Shown here: in pieces, positions 1 to 10,211 of the stretch
Numbering within the stretch: position 1 is the stretch's first letter
How the letters are laid out: each line of letters starts with the position of its first letter
Origin: Candidatus Forterrea multitransposorum CG_2015-17_Forterrea_25_41
GTDB taxonomy: Archaea; Iainarchaeota; Iainarchaeia; Iainarchaeales; CSSED10-239
Assembly (NCBI GenBank): GCA_009392915.1
Contig: CP045477.1
Coordinates: 448,001 to 512,000, forward strand
DNA length: 64,000 nt
Reading direction: 5' to 3'
Made by a program: the position numbers and the translations under genes
The notes under the pieces: generated by a model
Seen by the model: the letters and a program-made list of their open reading frames with translations, nothing else
What the model was told of the DNA's origin: nothing
Database searches by the model: none

Positions 1-133
1 TTAATTCTTCAAGCATTTCTGTTGCATATTGTTTTAAGCCTTCAGGTATCTGTATAGCTAGAGGAGAATCTTTTTCTACAGCTAACTTTTCTTTTAATTT
101 TATTATTTCTTTTAATATTCTTTCTTCATACAT
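1..133 (-). CDS. Dph2-like (diphthamide synthase) N-terminal fragment; gene continues past the window start
   Basis: Minus-strand ATG at 133..131 gives MYEERILKEIIKLKEKLAVEKDSPLAIQIPEGLKQYATEMLEEL... with no stop before position 1. The IQxPEGLK...A.E motif resembles the archaeal Dph2 N-terminus. Judged from memory of that family. Confidence 0.4.
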   Translation of the reverse strand, partial: MYEERILKEIIKLKEKLAVEKDSPLAIQIPEGLKQYATEMLEEL

Positions 134-309
134 ATAATTATCACTTTTTAATATATATTTAAGGGACAAAAATGTTTATAAATATATGATAATTAACTCA
201 TATATTCTTATACTGAAAGAATATTTTTAAGAAAGAAATAAATACTAAAATAATCTATATTATATAACACTTATAACAAAAAAATTAAAAAAAAAGAAAA
301 TGATAAACT

Positions 310-1395
310 ATGAAATCAATATTAATGATAATTACAATAATTTTAATATTCTTTGCAATATACTTTTTTGGACTTTATTTTTCAATAAACAAATTATATT
401 TTTATTTTAATATAAAGCCTCTTTTAAACCCATTAGTAATATCTTTAGTTATCTTTGGTTTAGTTTTTTTAAGTAATTTCTTGCAAGAAAAGTTTAGTAA
501 TTATTTAACACAAGGCCTATACAATGGTGCATATCTTTTATTTGCCTTAGCCTTGATGCTTGTTTTTGTAACTGTTATCTTAGAGGGAATAAAGTTTATC
601 TTTAAGATAAATATCTTAAACCAGACTTTTGGTTTTATAATAATTATAGTTACTTTATTGTTATTTATCTTTTCTTTTATAAATGCCTTAAGCTATAATC
701 AAAAGGAGATTGTTATTAAGAGTGATAAGATATTAGAAAATACAAAAATTATTCATTTATCAGACATTCATCTTTTTGGTATTAACTCTAAACATAGGTT
801 TGAAAATGTTTATAAAAAAGCAATTAAGAATAATCCAGACTATATTGTTATTACAGGAGATTTATTTGATAGACCAGGAAAAATATCTTTAGACACTTTA
901 GAGATTACAAATAAAAATAACATACCTGTTATCTATGCTCATGGAAACCATGACCTTATGTATGGAAAAGAAAAAGTTTTAGATATTTTAAAAGATAGTA
1001 AAGTTATAAATCTTGATACTGATATTTATATAGATGAACAAAGAAACATCACCTTTAGTGGTGTTAGGTATGATAGAGCAAATGACTTTTTAAAAAAAGA
1101 GCTTTCTAAAATAGAGATTGATGCAAATAATTATAATGTTTTATTATACCATGAACCAATTGATATTCCTGTAGCTTCTTCTAAAAAAATAGACTTAATG
1201 CTTTCAGGCCATACTCATGGTGGACAGGCTTTTCCAATAACTCTTTTAGTTAAAGCAATGTATCCTTACTATAGAGGACTTTATGAGTATCAAGATATGA
1301 AAATAATTGTAAGTCAAGGAACAAACTTTTGGGGTCCTAAAATACGTTTAGGAACAAGAAATGAGATAATAACTATTAAACTTGAGAAGATATGA
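310..1395 (+). CDS. membrane-anchored calcineurin-like metallophosphoesterase
   Basis: About five N-terminal TM helices followed by phosphoesterase motifs: HLSDIHLFG, ITGDLFD, GNHD and GHTHGGQ. Confidence 0.7.
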   Translation: MKSILMIITIILIFFAIYFFGLYFSINKLYFYFNIKPLLNPLVISLVIFGLVFLSNFLQEKFSNYLTQGLYNGAYLLFALALMLVFVTVILEGIKFIFKINILNQTFGFIIIIVTLLLFIFSFINALSYNQKEIVIKSDKILENTKIIHLSDIHLFGINSKHRFENVYKKAIKNNPDYIVITGDLFDRPGKISLDTLEITNKNNIPVIYAHGNHDLMYGKEKVLDILKDSKVINLDTDIYIDEQRNITFSGVRYDRANDFLKKELSKIEIDANNYNVLLYHEPIDIPVASSKKIDLMLSGHTHGGQAFPITLLVKAMYPYYRGLYEYQDMKIIVSQGTNFWGPKIRLGTRNEIITIKLEKI

Positions 1396-1652
1396 ATGAA
1401 CATTTAACTGAAGTTAAAGATTATCCTAGAAGCTTAAAGGAACTTGCAAATGAGGTTGGTTTTCTAAGGTATAAAGAAACAGCTGAATTTTTAGAATATC
1501 TAAAAGAGAATATTAAGGAACAATCAATTGCTGATTTTAAAAAGGATAGAAAAAAGTTATCCCAAAGATTAGAAGAATGTTCTAAGCATTTAGAGAATGC
1601 AAGAAAAGAAATGGAAGAAGCTTGGAATATCTGCGAGCCTTATATGAAATAA
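1392..1652 (+). CDS. hypothetical small charged protein (86 aa)
   Basis: ORF that overlaps the upstream gene by an ATGA start/stop overlap. No recognisable motif. Confidence 0.3.
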   Translation: MNEHLTEVKDYPRSLKELANEVGFLRYKETAEFLEYLKENIKEQSIADFKKDRKKLSQRLEECSKHLENARKEMEEAWNICEPYMK

Positions 1653-1840
1653 TTTTAAAAGAGATTATCCAAATAATTTAACTAGTTCTTTTTTACTCAT
1701 TTTTTTAAAACCATATTTTTTAATATGTTTATTTTGAATATCATTAAGCTTTTGTATATATTCTTCTTTAGGAATAGTTTTAGACTTAATATTGTTTTTC
1801 ATAATTTACATCGGATACATATTATTTATTTTAATAAATT

Positions 1841-3403
1841 TTATTTTCTAATATCTTTCTTTCTTAAAAGCCTATTGTAAGTTATAGCAAACCTATGAGT
1901 CTCATCTCTTATCCTCTGTAAAAGCTTTAAAGCTTTTGATTTTCTTGAAAGCTTAAGAGGAATTAAATTATCTTCTAAAAAGATTTCTTCTTCTTTTTTT
2001 GCAAGAGAGATTAAATTTACTTTTTTATAAAGGTTTAAAGAATCAATTGCTTTCTTAGCAGAAGATAATTGCCCTTTTCCACCATCAATAACAATTAGAT
2101 CAGGAAAATCTTTACCTTCTTTTAAAAGTCTTAAATATCTTCTTTTAACAATCTCTTCAATTGCTAGAAAATCATTATTTCCTTCAAAAGATTTAATCTT
2201 AAATCTTCTATATTCTTTTTTATTTTCTCTTCCCTCTTTAAACTGAACCATAGAACCTACAGTAAACTTTCCTGAAAGATGAGAGATATCAAAACATTCA
2301 ATAACTTTTGGAATTTCTTTTAAAGATAAAGCATTTTTAAGTTCTTCTAAAGCAAAAGTGTTTTCTAAAAATTTAATCTCTATGTTCTTATATGCAAAAT
2401 CTAGAAGTTCTTTTTTTTCTCCAGTCTTTGGAACTATTAATTTTATTTTTTTATTTTTCTTTTTAAAATAATCAATAGTTGATTGTTCTGGAAGATAAGG
2501 TAAAATTATTTCAAGAGATTCTTTCTTTTCTAAATATTTATCTAAAATAAAATCATCTAAAATAGTTTCTTCTTCAAAAACATCTAAAGTATATTCTCTT
2601 TTGTTAACTAAGATTCCTTTTGAAATATTAAATATTACAAAATAAGCTTTATTCTTATGTAAAATATAATTAACTAAATCTTGATTATATGTTTTTGTTT
2701 TTTCAACATTTTGTTTTAAAGATAAATAATCAATGGCATTTATCTGATCTCTTAAAACTAAAGCAGACTCAAAATTATTTTCTTTTGAAAAAAATTCCAT
2801 TCTCTCTTTTAAACTTTTTAAAACATCTTCAGTTTTTCCTTTTAAAAGAGAAGAGATTGTTTCAATAGTTTGAAGATATTCTTCTTTTGATATTTTATTT
2901 ATGCAAGGAGCAGAACATTGTCCTATATGGTATCTTATACAAGGTGTTTTAGGTAAAGTTTTACATGTTCTTAGTTTAAAATATTTATTTATATATTTTA
3001 AAAGATTATCTCGTTTTTCAGCAGAAGTAAATGGTCCAAAAGCTATTTGATAATCTTTTGGTTTTTCTCTTAAAATAAATAATCTTGGGAAAGCTTCTTT
3101 GGTTAAGGAAAGATAAGAGTATTCTTTTGAGTCTTTAAAGATGATGTTGTACCTTGGTTTATGCTTCTTAATTAAATTGTTTTCTAAAAGAAGTGCCTCA
3201 AGTTCGTTTTTTGTAACTATAAAGTCAATTGAGGAGATGTTTTCAACTAAAGCCCTAGTCTTTGGGTCTAAATCTTCTTTTGTAAAGTAACTTGTAACTC
3301 TTTTTTTTAAGTTTTTAGCTTTACCTATATAGATTATCATGTTATTTTTATCTTTATAAAGATAACAACCAGGTTCTATAGGTATTTTTGATAGGTCAAG
3401 CAT
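1841..3403 (-). CDS. uvrC: excinuclease ABC subunit C
   Basis: N-terminal GIY-YIG motif (YLYKD...IYIGKAKNLKKRVTSYF), a UvrC-homology region, a C-terminal RNaseH-like/HhH region. Adjacent to uvrA. Confidence 0.85.
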   Translation of the reverse strand: MLDLSKIPIEPGCYLYKDKNNMIIYIGKAKNLKKRVTSYFTKEDLDPKTRALVENISSIDFIVTKNELEALLLENNLIKKHKPRYNIIFKDSKEYSYLSLTKEAFPRLFILREKPKDYQIAFGPFTSAEKRDNLLKYINKYFKLRTCKTLPKTPCIRYHIGQCSAPCINKISKEEYLQTIETISSLLKGKTEDVLKSLKERMEFFSKENNFESALVLRDQINAIDYLSLKQNVEKTKTYNQDLVNYILHKNKAYFVIFNISKGILVNKREYTLDVFEEETILDDFILDKYLEKKESLEIILPYLPEQSTIDYFKKKNKKIKLIVPKTGEKKELLDFAYKNIEIKFLENTFALEELKNALSLKEIPKVIECFDISHLSGKFTVGSMVQFKEGRENKKEYRRFKIKSFEGNNDFLAIEEIVKRRYLRLLKEGKDFPDLIVIDGGKGQLSSAKKAIDSLNLYKKVNLISLAKKEEEIFLEDNLIPLKLSRKSKALKLLQRIRDETHRFAITYNRLLRKKDIRK

Positions 3404-3437
3404 AAATATATAGTTAAGAGAAACATTATAAAAATAG

Positions 3438-4541
3438 TTATCTTGGTCTTTTTGGTCTCTTTATCATTGGGTAACCTTTTGAAGGTTTAATTCTTTTAAG
3501 TTTAAAATCTTTAGAAAATAATCTTTTAAGAAAGCTTTCTTTTTTAACTTTTTGTTTTTCTTTTTTTATTTTTTCTACTTTGTTATTTTCACTAACTTTT
3601 TCTTTTTTAACTTCTTCTTTTGGTCTTAATAATCTTAAATCTTTTTCTTTAATATCTAAAACTTTTTTATTTTTTGTTTTTCCTAAAAGATAATTAATTT
3701 CAATATAAAGACCAGCTTTATTTCTATTTGAAACATTTCTATGAAGATATAGTTCTAATTTTTCATTAGGTGCATAATAAAGAGCATAATTTCCAAAAGG
3801 AATCATTTTTCCATTTTTAGTATGTTCAAAACCAAATTGAACCATAGGCATAAATAAAACTTTTCCTTCTTTTATTTGTGTATGCCCTTGAATGGATAAA
3901 AATTGAGAGGATCTATTATTAGTGTATTTAAGACCAGAAGAATAAACTCCTTCTTGAAATTTAAAATCTAAAATTCCTTCATAACTTGTAATTTTTCCTT
4001 GATCTATTTTTATTGATGCTCCAGCACCTATTTTTTTAGAAGTAACTGAAGATTGTAAAGAGGTTTTATCTAAAGGTTTAATATCTTTTAAAACAAAATT
4101 TGAAATTTCTTTTGAAAAACCAAGTCTTACATCTAAAGGTGTTTTTAAAAGTTTTGATAAATAAAGAGTTGAATAGATTCTTGCAAAAGTTAACTCTGGA
4201 ACTAATTTTCCATTTAAATAAAGATTATTTTTCCCAACTTCAACTGCAAAATTATATTGATTATCTTTTTTAAATTTTTTTCCAAATCTATATTCAAATG
4301 CTTGTTCTATAAATTTTTTAGAAGAAGAATCTGCTTCAAAACCATATGTTTTTGAAGAAAAAACATGTCCTTCTTTATAGATTGTAGGATATAGTTCAGT
4401 TGGGCTTATAAACTGTAAAGATTGAGCAGATATTTTTTGAGAACCAACTATAAGAGATCCAGAAACAGCTAAAGCTGTTAAAATTTTCTTTGGATCTTTT
4501 AAAAAAGATTTAATAAATGTAACTGGTTCTTTAAATTGCAT
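3438..4541 (-). CDS. secreted protein of unknown function with a Sec signal peptide and a Lys-rich C-terminal tail
   Basis: N-terminal hydrophobic segment ...ILTALAVSGSLIVGSQKISAQS, a beta-rich body and a K-rich C-terminus. Confidence 0.4.
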   Translation of the reverse strand: MQFKEPVTFIKSFLKDPKKILTALAVSGSLIVGSQKISAQSLQFISPTELYPTIYKEGHVFSSKTYGFEADSSSKKFIEQAFEYRFGKKFKKDNQYNFAVEVGKNNLYLNGKLVPELTFARIYSTLYLSKLLKTPLDVRLGFSKEISNFVLKDIKPLDKTSLQSSVTSKKIGAGASIKIDQGKITSYEGILDFKFQEGVYSSGLKYTNNRSSQFLSIQGHTQIKEGKVLFMPMVQFGFEHTKNGKMIPFGNYALYYAPNEKLELYLHRNVSNRNKAGLYIEINYLLGKTKNKKVLDIKEKDLRLLRPKEEVKKEKVSENNKVEKIKKEKQKVKKESFLKRLFSKDFKLKRIKPSKGYPMIKRPKRPR

Positions 4542-4724
4542 GATTAATTACTTATTTATATATTATATATAATATATAGAAACAGACATTTAAATATTTA
4601 ATGCTTTATTTTATTAAAAAATAGATATAAATCTTCAAAAATATAATAAATTTAGAAAAAAATAAGAATCAAAACCTTTAAACACTTTCTTACATAATAT
4701 AGTTATTAAGAAAAATTTAGAAGA

Positions 4725-5324
4725 ATGATAATTATGAAAAAAATTAAAGAAAAATTTAACCTAAAACATGAAACTAAAAAACATACGTTAAGAAAATTCA
4801 TTCTAGTTTTTTTAGTATTAATTACATATTTTTTAATAACTTCTTTAAAAATTGGTTTTAAAGAAGGAATTTCAATAACATTATTAACATGGTCTTTTTT
4901 TGTTTTGTCAACTCCGATTGCAGATGCTGGTTTTTTATTAGATTTTCCAATAAGATTAATTACAAAATTAAGAATGGTTTATTCAGAAATAATTGTATGG
5001 GTAATTGCAATAGCTTTAAATATTTTTTATTTTTTTACAAATCCTGAAAGTTATAATCAAACCATACTTCTATCTCTATTTAAACAAATATTATCTCAAC
5101 CATACCCTCTATGGATAATAATTATTCTATCGGGAATAGGAACTTTTCTATCAATAATATTTTTTGATGAACTAATGGATGTTAAGTATCATAAACATAG
5201 AAAAAAATATCACAAACACATTAGTAAATATCAATATATATTATTTGTATTCATTATTCTCTTAATAATTACAATATACTACTTTGTAATCAAACAACTA
5301 GGTATAAATATTCCTTTATTTTAA
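4725..5324 (+). CDS. polytopic membrane protein, unknown function
   Basis: About six hydrophobic helices. HRKKYHKH basic loop near the C-terminus. Confidence 0.35.
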   Translation: MIIMKKIKEKFNLKHETKKHTLRKFILVFLVLITYFLITSLKIGFKEGISITLLTWSFFVLSTPIADAGFLLDFPIRLITKLRMVYSEIIVWVIAIALNIFYFFTNPESYNQTILLSLFKQILSQPYPLWIIIILSGIGTFLSIIFFDELMDVKYHKHRKKYHKHISKYQYILFVFIILLIITIYYFVIKQLGINIPLF

Positions 5325-5327
5325 AAA

Positions 5328-8150
5328 TTAAGAGAAAAGAGGTTTAAGATACTTTCCAGTATAACTTTTCTTTTCTTTTAAAATTTCTTTTACAGGGCCT
5401 TCAAAGATTATCTCTCCACCTTCATCTCCACCCTCAGGACCTAAATCAATTATCCAATCAGAAGCTTTAATAACATCTAAATTATGTTCAATTACTAAAA
5501 CACTGTTTCCCTTGTCAACAAGTTTATTTAAAACTTCAATTAATTTTTTAACATCATGGAAGTGAAGTCCAGTTGTAGGTTCGTCCAACAAATAAAGAGT
5601 CTTACCAGTATCTCTTTTAGATAACTCTTTTGTAATTTTTATTCTTTGTGCTTCTCCACCAGATAAAGTTACAGAACTTTGTCCAAGCTTAATGTATGAA
5701 AGACCAACATCCATTAATGTTTTTAATTTTCTTTTAAGAGAAGGTATATTTTCAAAGAAAGTATAAGCTTCTTCAACTGACATATCTAAAACATCAGCAA
5801 TTGATTTTCCTTTATATTTTACATCTAAAGTTTCATGGTTATATCTTTTACCTTTACATTCTTCACAATCAACATAAATATCAGGCAAGAAATTCATTTC
5901 AATCTTAATTTGTCCATCTCCAGAACATGCTTCACATCTTCCACCCTTAACATTAAAAGAAAATCTTCCTTGATCATACCCTCTTATTTTTGCTTCTTGA
6001 GTTTGTGCGAAAAGACTTCTGATATCATCAAAGACTTTTGTATATGTTGCAGGATTTGATCTAGGAGTTCTTCCAATAGGAGATTGATCAATAGAAATTA
6101 CTTTATCTATTTTATCTTTATAAATAATTTCTTTATGCTTACCAGGACTTTCTTTAGATTTATAAATATCATTCATTAGTTGTTTATATAAAATATCATA
6201 AATTAAAGTTGATTTTCCTGAACCTGAAACACCAGTAACAGAAGTTAAAACACCAGTTGGTATTTTTACAAAAATATTTTTTAAATTATTTTCTTCAGCT
6301 CCAACAATTTCTATAAAGTCTTTTGGTTTTCTAGTTTCTTTTTTAATTTCAACTTTAAGTTCTTTTGACAAATATTTTCCTGTTAAAGAATTTTTATCAT
6401 TTAAAATTTCTTTAGGAGTTCCTTTTGAAACTATATAACCTCCATGAACACCAGCTCCAGGACCAATATCAATTACATAATCTGCTTTTAAAATAGTTTC
6501 ATCATCATGTTCAACAACAATTACAGTGTTACCTAAATCTCTTAGTTTAAATAAAGTTTCAATTAATTTTTCATTATCTCTTTGGTGAAGTCCAATAGAT
6601 GGTTCGTCCAAGATATATAACACACCTGTAAGGTTAGTTCCTAAGTTGGTTGCAAGTCTTATTCTTTGTGCTTCTCCACCTGAAAGAGTTCCTGCCTTTC
6701 TTGAAAGAGTTAAATATCCTAAACCAACTTTTTCTAAAAATTCTAAACGAGAATTAATTTCTTTTAAAATATGTTTTGCAATTTCTTCTTGTTTTTTTGT
6801 AAGCTTTAAATTTTTAAAAAACAAAATTGCATTATTAACAGACATATCAGTAATATCAATAATTGATTTTCCAGAAATTTTAACAGCTAAGACTTTTCTT
6901 TTAAGTCTTTTTCCATGACATTTAGGACATGGTAAAGTTTTCATATATTTTTCCATTTCTTGTTTTCTATAATCAGACTCTGTTTGATGATAAAGTCTTT
7001 CTGTTTGTGGAATTAAACCCTCCCATACACCACTATATGAAAAGTTAGAAGTTCCATTCTTTCCAGAAAGATTAAAATCAATTGGATTTTCAGAACCATA
7101 CATTAAGATATTATATTGTTTTTTTGTAAAATCCTTAATTGGCATTAAAGGAGTAAAACCATATCTTCTTCCAACAGCACTTAAATGTTGTCCTCTCCAT
7201 CCATCAACAGCATTTCTATAAACAGCAATTGCACCATCTGCAATTGATTTTTCTTTATCAGGAATAATTAAATCAGGATCAAAAATCATTTTAATTCCAA
7301 GACCAGAACACTCTTCACAAGCACCAAATGGAGCATTAAAAGAAAACATCCTAGGTTCAAGTTCTTCAAAGGAAAGACCACATATAGGGCATGCCATTTT
7401 TGAAGAATATATTTGTTCTCTTTTTTCTTTTTGAGAATATATTTTTACAAGTCCATCAGGAGATTTTTTAATAGCATTTGTAACTGCTTCTATAAGTCTT
7501 GATTTTTCTTTTTCTTCAGAAGATATTTTATCAATAACTATTTCAATATCATGTTTTTTATATCTATCTAAAGTTATTGTTTCATCAGTTCTTTTTATTT
7601 CTCCATTAACTCTAACTTTAGTATATCCTTCTTTGTTTAGTTCTTCAAAAACTCTTTCATAAGTTCCTTTTTTTTGTCTAATGATTGGTGAAAGAATAAT
7701 TATTTCATCTTTAAAAGAATCTAAAATATTTTCTGTTAGCTTTTGAGGAGATTGATTTTCTATTTTTTGAGAAGGATGATCAGGACAAAAAGGAGTTCCA
7801 ACTCTTGCATATAATAATCTTAAATAATCATAAACTTCAGTAACTGTTCCAACAGTTGATCTTGGATTTTTAGAAGTTGTTTTTTGTTCAATTGAAATTG
7901 CTGGAGATAAACCATCTATAGAATCTACATCTGGTTTTTTCATCATCCCTAAAAATTGTCTTGCATATGCAGAAAGTGATTCAACATACCTTCTTTGCCC
8001 TTCAGCATAAATAGTATCAAAAGCTAAAGTTGATTTTCCTGAACCTGAAAGACCAGTAATAACAACTAATTTATCTTTTGGTATATTTATATCTATATTT
8101 TTTAGATTGTGCTCTCTTGCACCCTTAATAATAATATCTTTTAATGCCAT
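5328..8150 (-). CDS. uvrA: excinuclease ABC subunit A
   Basis: 940 aa. Two ABC ATPase modules with [10 protein letters not shown] and [10 protein letters not shown], two LSGGE signatures, and Zn-finger Cys pairs (CPICG, CEEC, CEACSG). Confidence 0.95.
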   Translation of the reverse strand: MALKDIIIKGAREHNLKNIDINIPKDKLVVITGLSGSGKSTLAFDTIYAEGQRRYVESLSAYARQFLGMMKKPDVDSIDGLSPAISIEQKTTSKNPRSTVGTVTEVYDYLRLLYARVGTPFCPDHPSQKIENQSPQKLTENILDSFKDEIIILSPIIRQKKGTYERVFEELNKEGYTKVRVNGEIKRTDETITLDRYKKHDIEIVIDKISSEEKEKSRLIEAVTNAIKKSPDGLVKIYSQKEKREQIYSSKMACPICGLSFEELEPRMFSFNAPFGACEECSGLGIKMIFDPDLIIPDKEKSIADGAIAVYRNAVDGWRGQHLSAVGRRYGFTPLMPIKDFTKKQYNILMYGSENPIDFNLSGKNGTSNFSYSGVWEGLIPQTERLYHQTESDYRKQEMEKYMKTLPCPKCHGKRLKRKVLAVKISGKSIIDITDMSVNNAILFFKNLKLTKKQEEIAKHILKEINSRLEFLEKVGLGYLTLSRKAGTLSGGEAQRIRLATNLGTNLTGVLYILDEPSIGLHQRDNEKLIETLFKLRDLGNTVIVVEHDDETILKADYVIDIGPGAGVHGGYIVSKGTPKEILNDKNSLTGKYLSKELKVEIKKETRKPKDFIEIVGAEENNLKNIFVKIPTGVLTSVTGVSGSGKSTLIYDILYKQLMNDIYKSKESPGKHKEIIYKDKIDKVISIDQSPIGRTPRSNPATYTKVFDDIRSLFAQTQEAKIRGYDQGRFSFNVKGGRCEACSGDGQIKIEMNFLPDIYVDCEECKGKRYNHETLDVKYKGKSIADVLDMSVEEAYTFFENIPSLKRKLKTLMDVGLSYIKLGQSSVTLSGGEAQRIKITKELSKRDTGKTLYLLDEPTTGLHFHDVKKLIEVLNKLVDKGNSVLVIEHNLDVIKASDWIIDLGPEGGDEGGEIIFEGPVKEILKEKKSYTGKYLKPLFS

Positions 8151-8517
8151 GAATTATCTTTCTTTTTAGCTTTAAGTATTTTTATAAAATAAATATAAAT
8201 ATGATTTTTAAATCATATAAAAGTAGTAATATAATATAGAGAGAAAATATTTATAAAAGGATGCAAGGTGCCTGGCCAATAAAGAAAATAAGAAGTTTTA
8301 AAGAAAATCTTTAACTTAAAAGGAGTAGATAAACCCAATAATACATATAAAATTAAAAAATAAGCATAAAATACACTTAAAACCTAAAATATACTAAAAG
8401 TTAACTATTTATTATGTAGTGAATATTTAAAATAAGGTATAAAGATTTATAAAGAGAAAAATACTATTTAAAATATTAAAAGTTTAACAATAAAAATAGA
8501 AAACTATTAAGTGTACA

Positions 8518-8777
8518 GGCACTTACTGGTCGAAAAACAGTTCAAGAAAACATTTAGCTTTATAAAATCTCAAGTCCGCAACCCAAAAAGCATCAAACAC
8601 TTAGGATACTGCTGCTTCCTTCCGGATCTGACAGGGTTTACTAAGATATTCGATCTTAATGGACGAACCGTCAGCAATTTTACAAAGAGTGCCTCCTTGC
8701 TTATTTGCCTTCCAGTAATAATCACTCCGGCTATGTAGATTTCCGGTAACAGGAGACTACAACCCCCCCAGCTAGCC
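8518..8777 (-). ncRNA. ffs: signal recognition particle RNA (archaeal 7S/SRP RNA)
   Basis: GC-rich island in an AT-rich intergenic region. On the minus strand it reads 5'-GGCTAGCTGGGGGGGTTGTAGTCTCCTGTTACCGGAAA...GTCAGATCCGGAAGGAAGCAGCAG...CCAGTAAGTGCC-3'. This matches the archaeal SRP RNA 5' region and the universally conserved helix-8 CCGGAAGGAAGCAGC motif. The ends are approximate. Confidence 0.8.
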
Positions 8778-8803
8778 TATACAAGTAATTAAAGTGACGA
8801 TAC

Positions 8804-8812
8804 ATTTAAAAA
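8804..8812 (-). promoter_or_regulatory. putative TATA box (TTTTTAAAT on the minus strand), about 27-35 nt upstream of the SRP RNA 5' end
   Basis: A/T box at the spacing expected for an archaeal TBP/TFB promoter relative to the inferred RNA 5' end. Confidence 0.25.
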
Positions 8813-8886
8813 CACTTTGGACAATATATATAACATAAAAATAATGTATTAATTCACTAAAAAACAAAAAAAGGTGTGTTAATACC

Positions 8887-8894
8887 TTATATAC
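8887..8894 (+). promoter_or_regulatory. putative TATA box (TTATATAC) upstream of ftsZ, with a GAGGTG Shine-Dalgarno at 8921..8926
   Basis: TATA-like octamer about 40 nt upstream of the ATG. SD-like GAGGTGG lies 6 nt before the start codon. Confidence 0.25.
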
Positions 8895-8932
8895 AAAAAA
8901 GAAGCTTAATTTAAGCTTATTTTAATAATGAG

Positions 8933-10054
8933 GTGGATTGGATGAGATCAATTGTATCAAATGCAGTAGAGCACAAATCTGCAGCTGCTGAGAACATAAA
9001 CGTTAAAGACAGCGAATTTGCAGCCCCAAAGATCATGGTTATGGGAATTGGTGGTGCAGGAAATAATTCTGTAAATAGAATCTGTGCAATGGGTGTTGCA
9101 GGTGCACAACTTGTAGCTATTAACACAGATAGACAACACTTAGGTATCATTTCAGATGATATAACAAAATTATTAATTGGAAAATCAGTAACTAATGGTT
9201 TAGGTGCTGGTGCATACCCTGAAATAGGTGCAAAAGCAGCAGAAGTTTCAAAAGCAGCATTAGAAGAAATCTTAGATGGTGTTGACATGCTTTTCATTAC
9301 TGCCGGAATGGGTGGTGGAACAGGAACAGGTGCAGCTCCAGTAGTAGCTCAAATAGCAAAACAACAAGGTGCAATTGTAATGTGTATAGTAACTTATCCT
9401 TTCGCACTTGAAAGAGCACGTTTAATTAAAGCAGAAGAAGGAATTGACCTTTTAAAAGATATTTGTGACACAGTTGTTGTTATTGATAACAATAGACTTG
9501 TTGAATTAGTTCCAAACCTTCCAATGCAAGATGCTTTCAGAGTAGCTGATGAAGTAATTGCAAGAACAGTAAGAGGAATTACAGAAACAATTACTCAACC
9601 TTCATTAATCAACCTTGATTACGCAGACATAAGAACAGTAATGGGTGGTAAAGGATTATCAGTTATCGCTGTTGGTGAATCACAATCTGTTAACAAAGTT
9701 GAAGAAGTTGTTGAAGACACATTAAAGAATGCTCTTTTAGATGTTGATATAACTGGTGCAACAGGTTGTTTAATCCATATTACAGGTGGAACTGAATTAA
9801 CTTTAGGTGAAGCTAACGCTGTTGGTGAAATGTTAACTGACCAAACAGATTCAAATGCAGCTGTTATCTGGGGTGCAAGAATTGATCCTACTTTTGAGAA
9901 TAAAATAGAAGTAATTGCTATTTTCACAGGTGTAAAATCACCATTCATCAAAGGAAGTAAAATGTTTAGAGGAAAAGATTCACCACAAAGCTACAACGGA
10001 AGTGGCAAAGGTGGAAGATCTTACGATGACAACTATGGATTAGATGTTTTATAA
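8933..10054 (+). CDS. ftsZ: cell division GTPase FtsZ
   Basis: Tubulin signature GGGTGTG (MGGGTGTGAAPVVAQIAK), IMVMGIGGAGNN and NTD motifs. 373 aa. Confidence 0.95.
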   Translation: MDWMRSIVSNAVEHKSAAAENINVKDSEFAAPKIMVMGIGGAGNNSVNRICAMGVAGAQLVAINTDRQHLGIISDDITKLLIGKSVTNGLGAGAYPEIGAKAAEVSKAALEEILDGVDMLFITAGMGGGTGTGAAPVVAQIAKQQGAIVMCIVTYPFALERARLIKAEEGIDLLKDICDTVVVIDNNRLVELVPNLPMQDAFRVADEVIARTVRGITETITQPSLINLDYADIRTVMGGKGLSVIAVGESQSVNKVEEVVEDTLKNALLDVDITGATGCLIHITGGTELTLGEANAVGEMLTDQTDSNAAVIWGARIDPTFENKIEVIAIFTGVKSPFIKGSKMFRGKDSPQSYNGSGKGGRSYDDNYGLDVL

Positions 10055-10061
10055 GTAAAAC

Positions 10062-10108
10062 ATCTTTTCCTTTTTTTCTTTTTTTTATTATTTTTCTATT
10101 TCTTTAAA
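10062..10108 (+). terminator. oligo-T tract downstream of ftsZ (archaeal-type terminator candidate)
   Basis: Runs of T7/T8 immediately after the stop codon. Confidence 0.25.
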
Positions 10109-10211
10109 ACACAACAATTTTTTATAAAAATACACTATTTTTATACATTTCTTTACACTATTATATTAGTACTTTTAACAAAAATTACAAAAAAAAGGAG
10201 TTTGAAAACAA

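Noticed and set aside
3438-4541. Bacterial outer-membrane beta-barrel protein
   Set aside because: The beta-rich, signal-peptide-bearing sequence fits, but the SRP RNA, L10e, AspRS type and class III signals all point to an archaeon, which lacks an outer membrane. Kept as a generic secreted protein.
5835-6918. ORFs 5835..6059(+) and 6646..6918(+) inside uvrA
   Set aside because: They lie on the strand opposite a 940-aa, motif-rich UvrA gene. Low-complexity translations, typical antisense artefacts of AT-rich DNA.
8511-8738. 75-aa ORF on the plus strand
   Set aside because: It lies within the GC-rich SRP RNA gene on the opposite strand. The RNA interpretation explains the sequence.
8917-9951. 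ORFs 8917..9297(-), 8957..9139(-) and 9619..9951(-) antisense to ftsZ
   Set aside because: Antisense to a highly conserved FtsZ coding sequence. Spurious.
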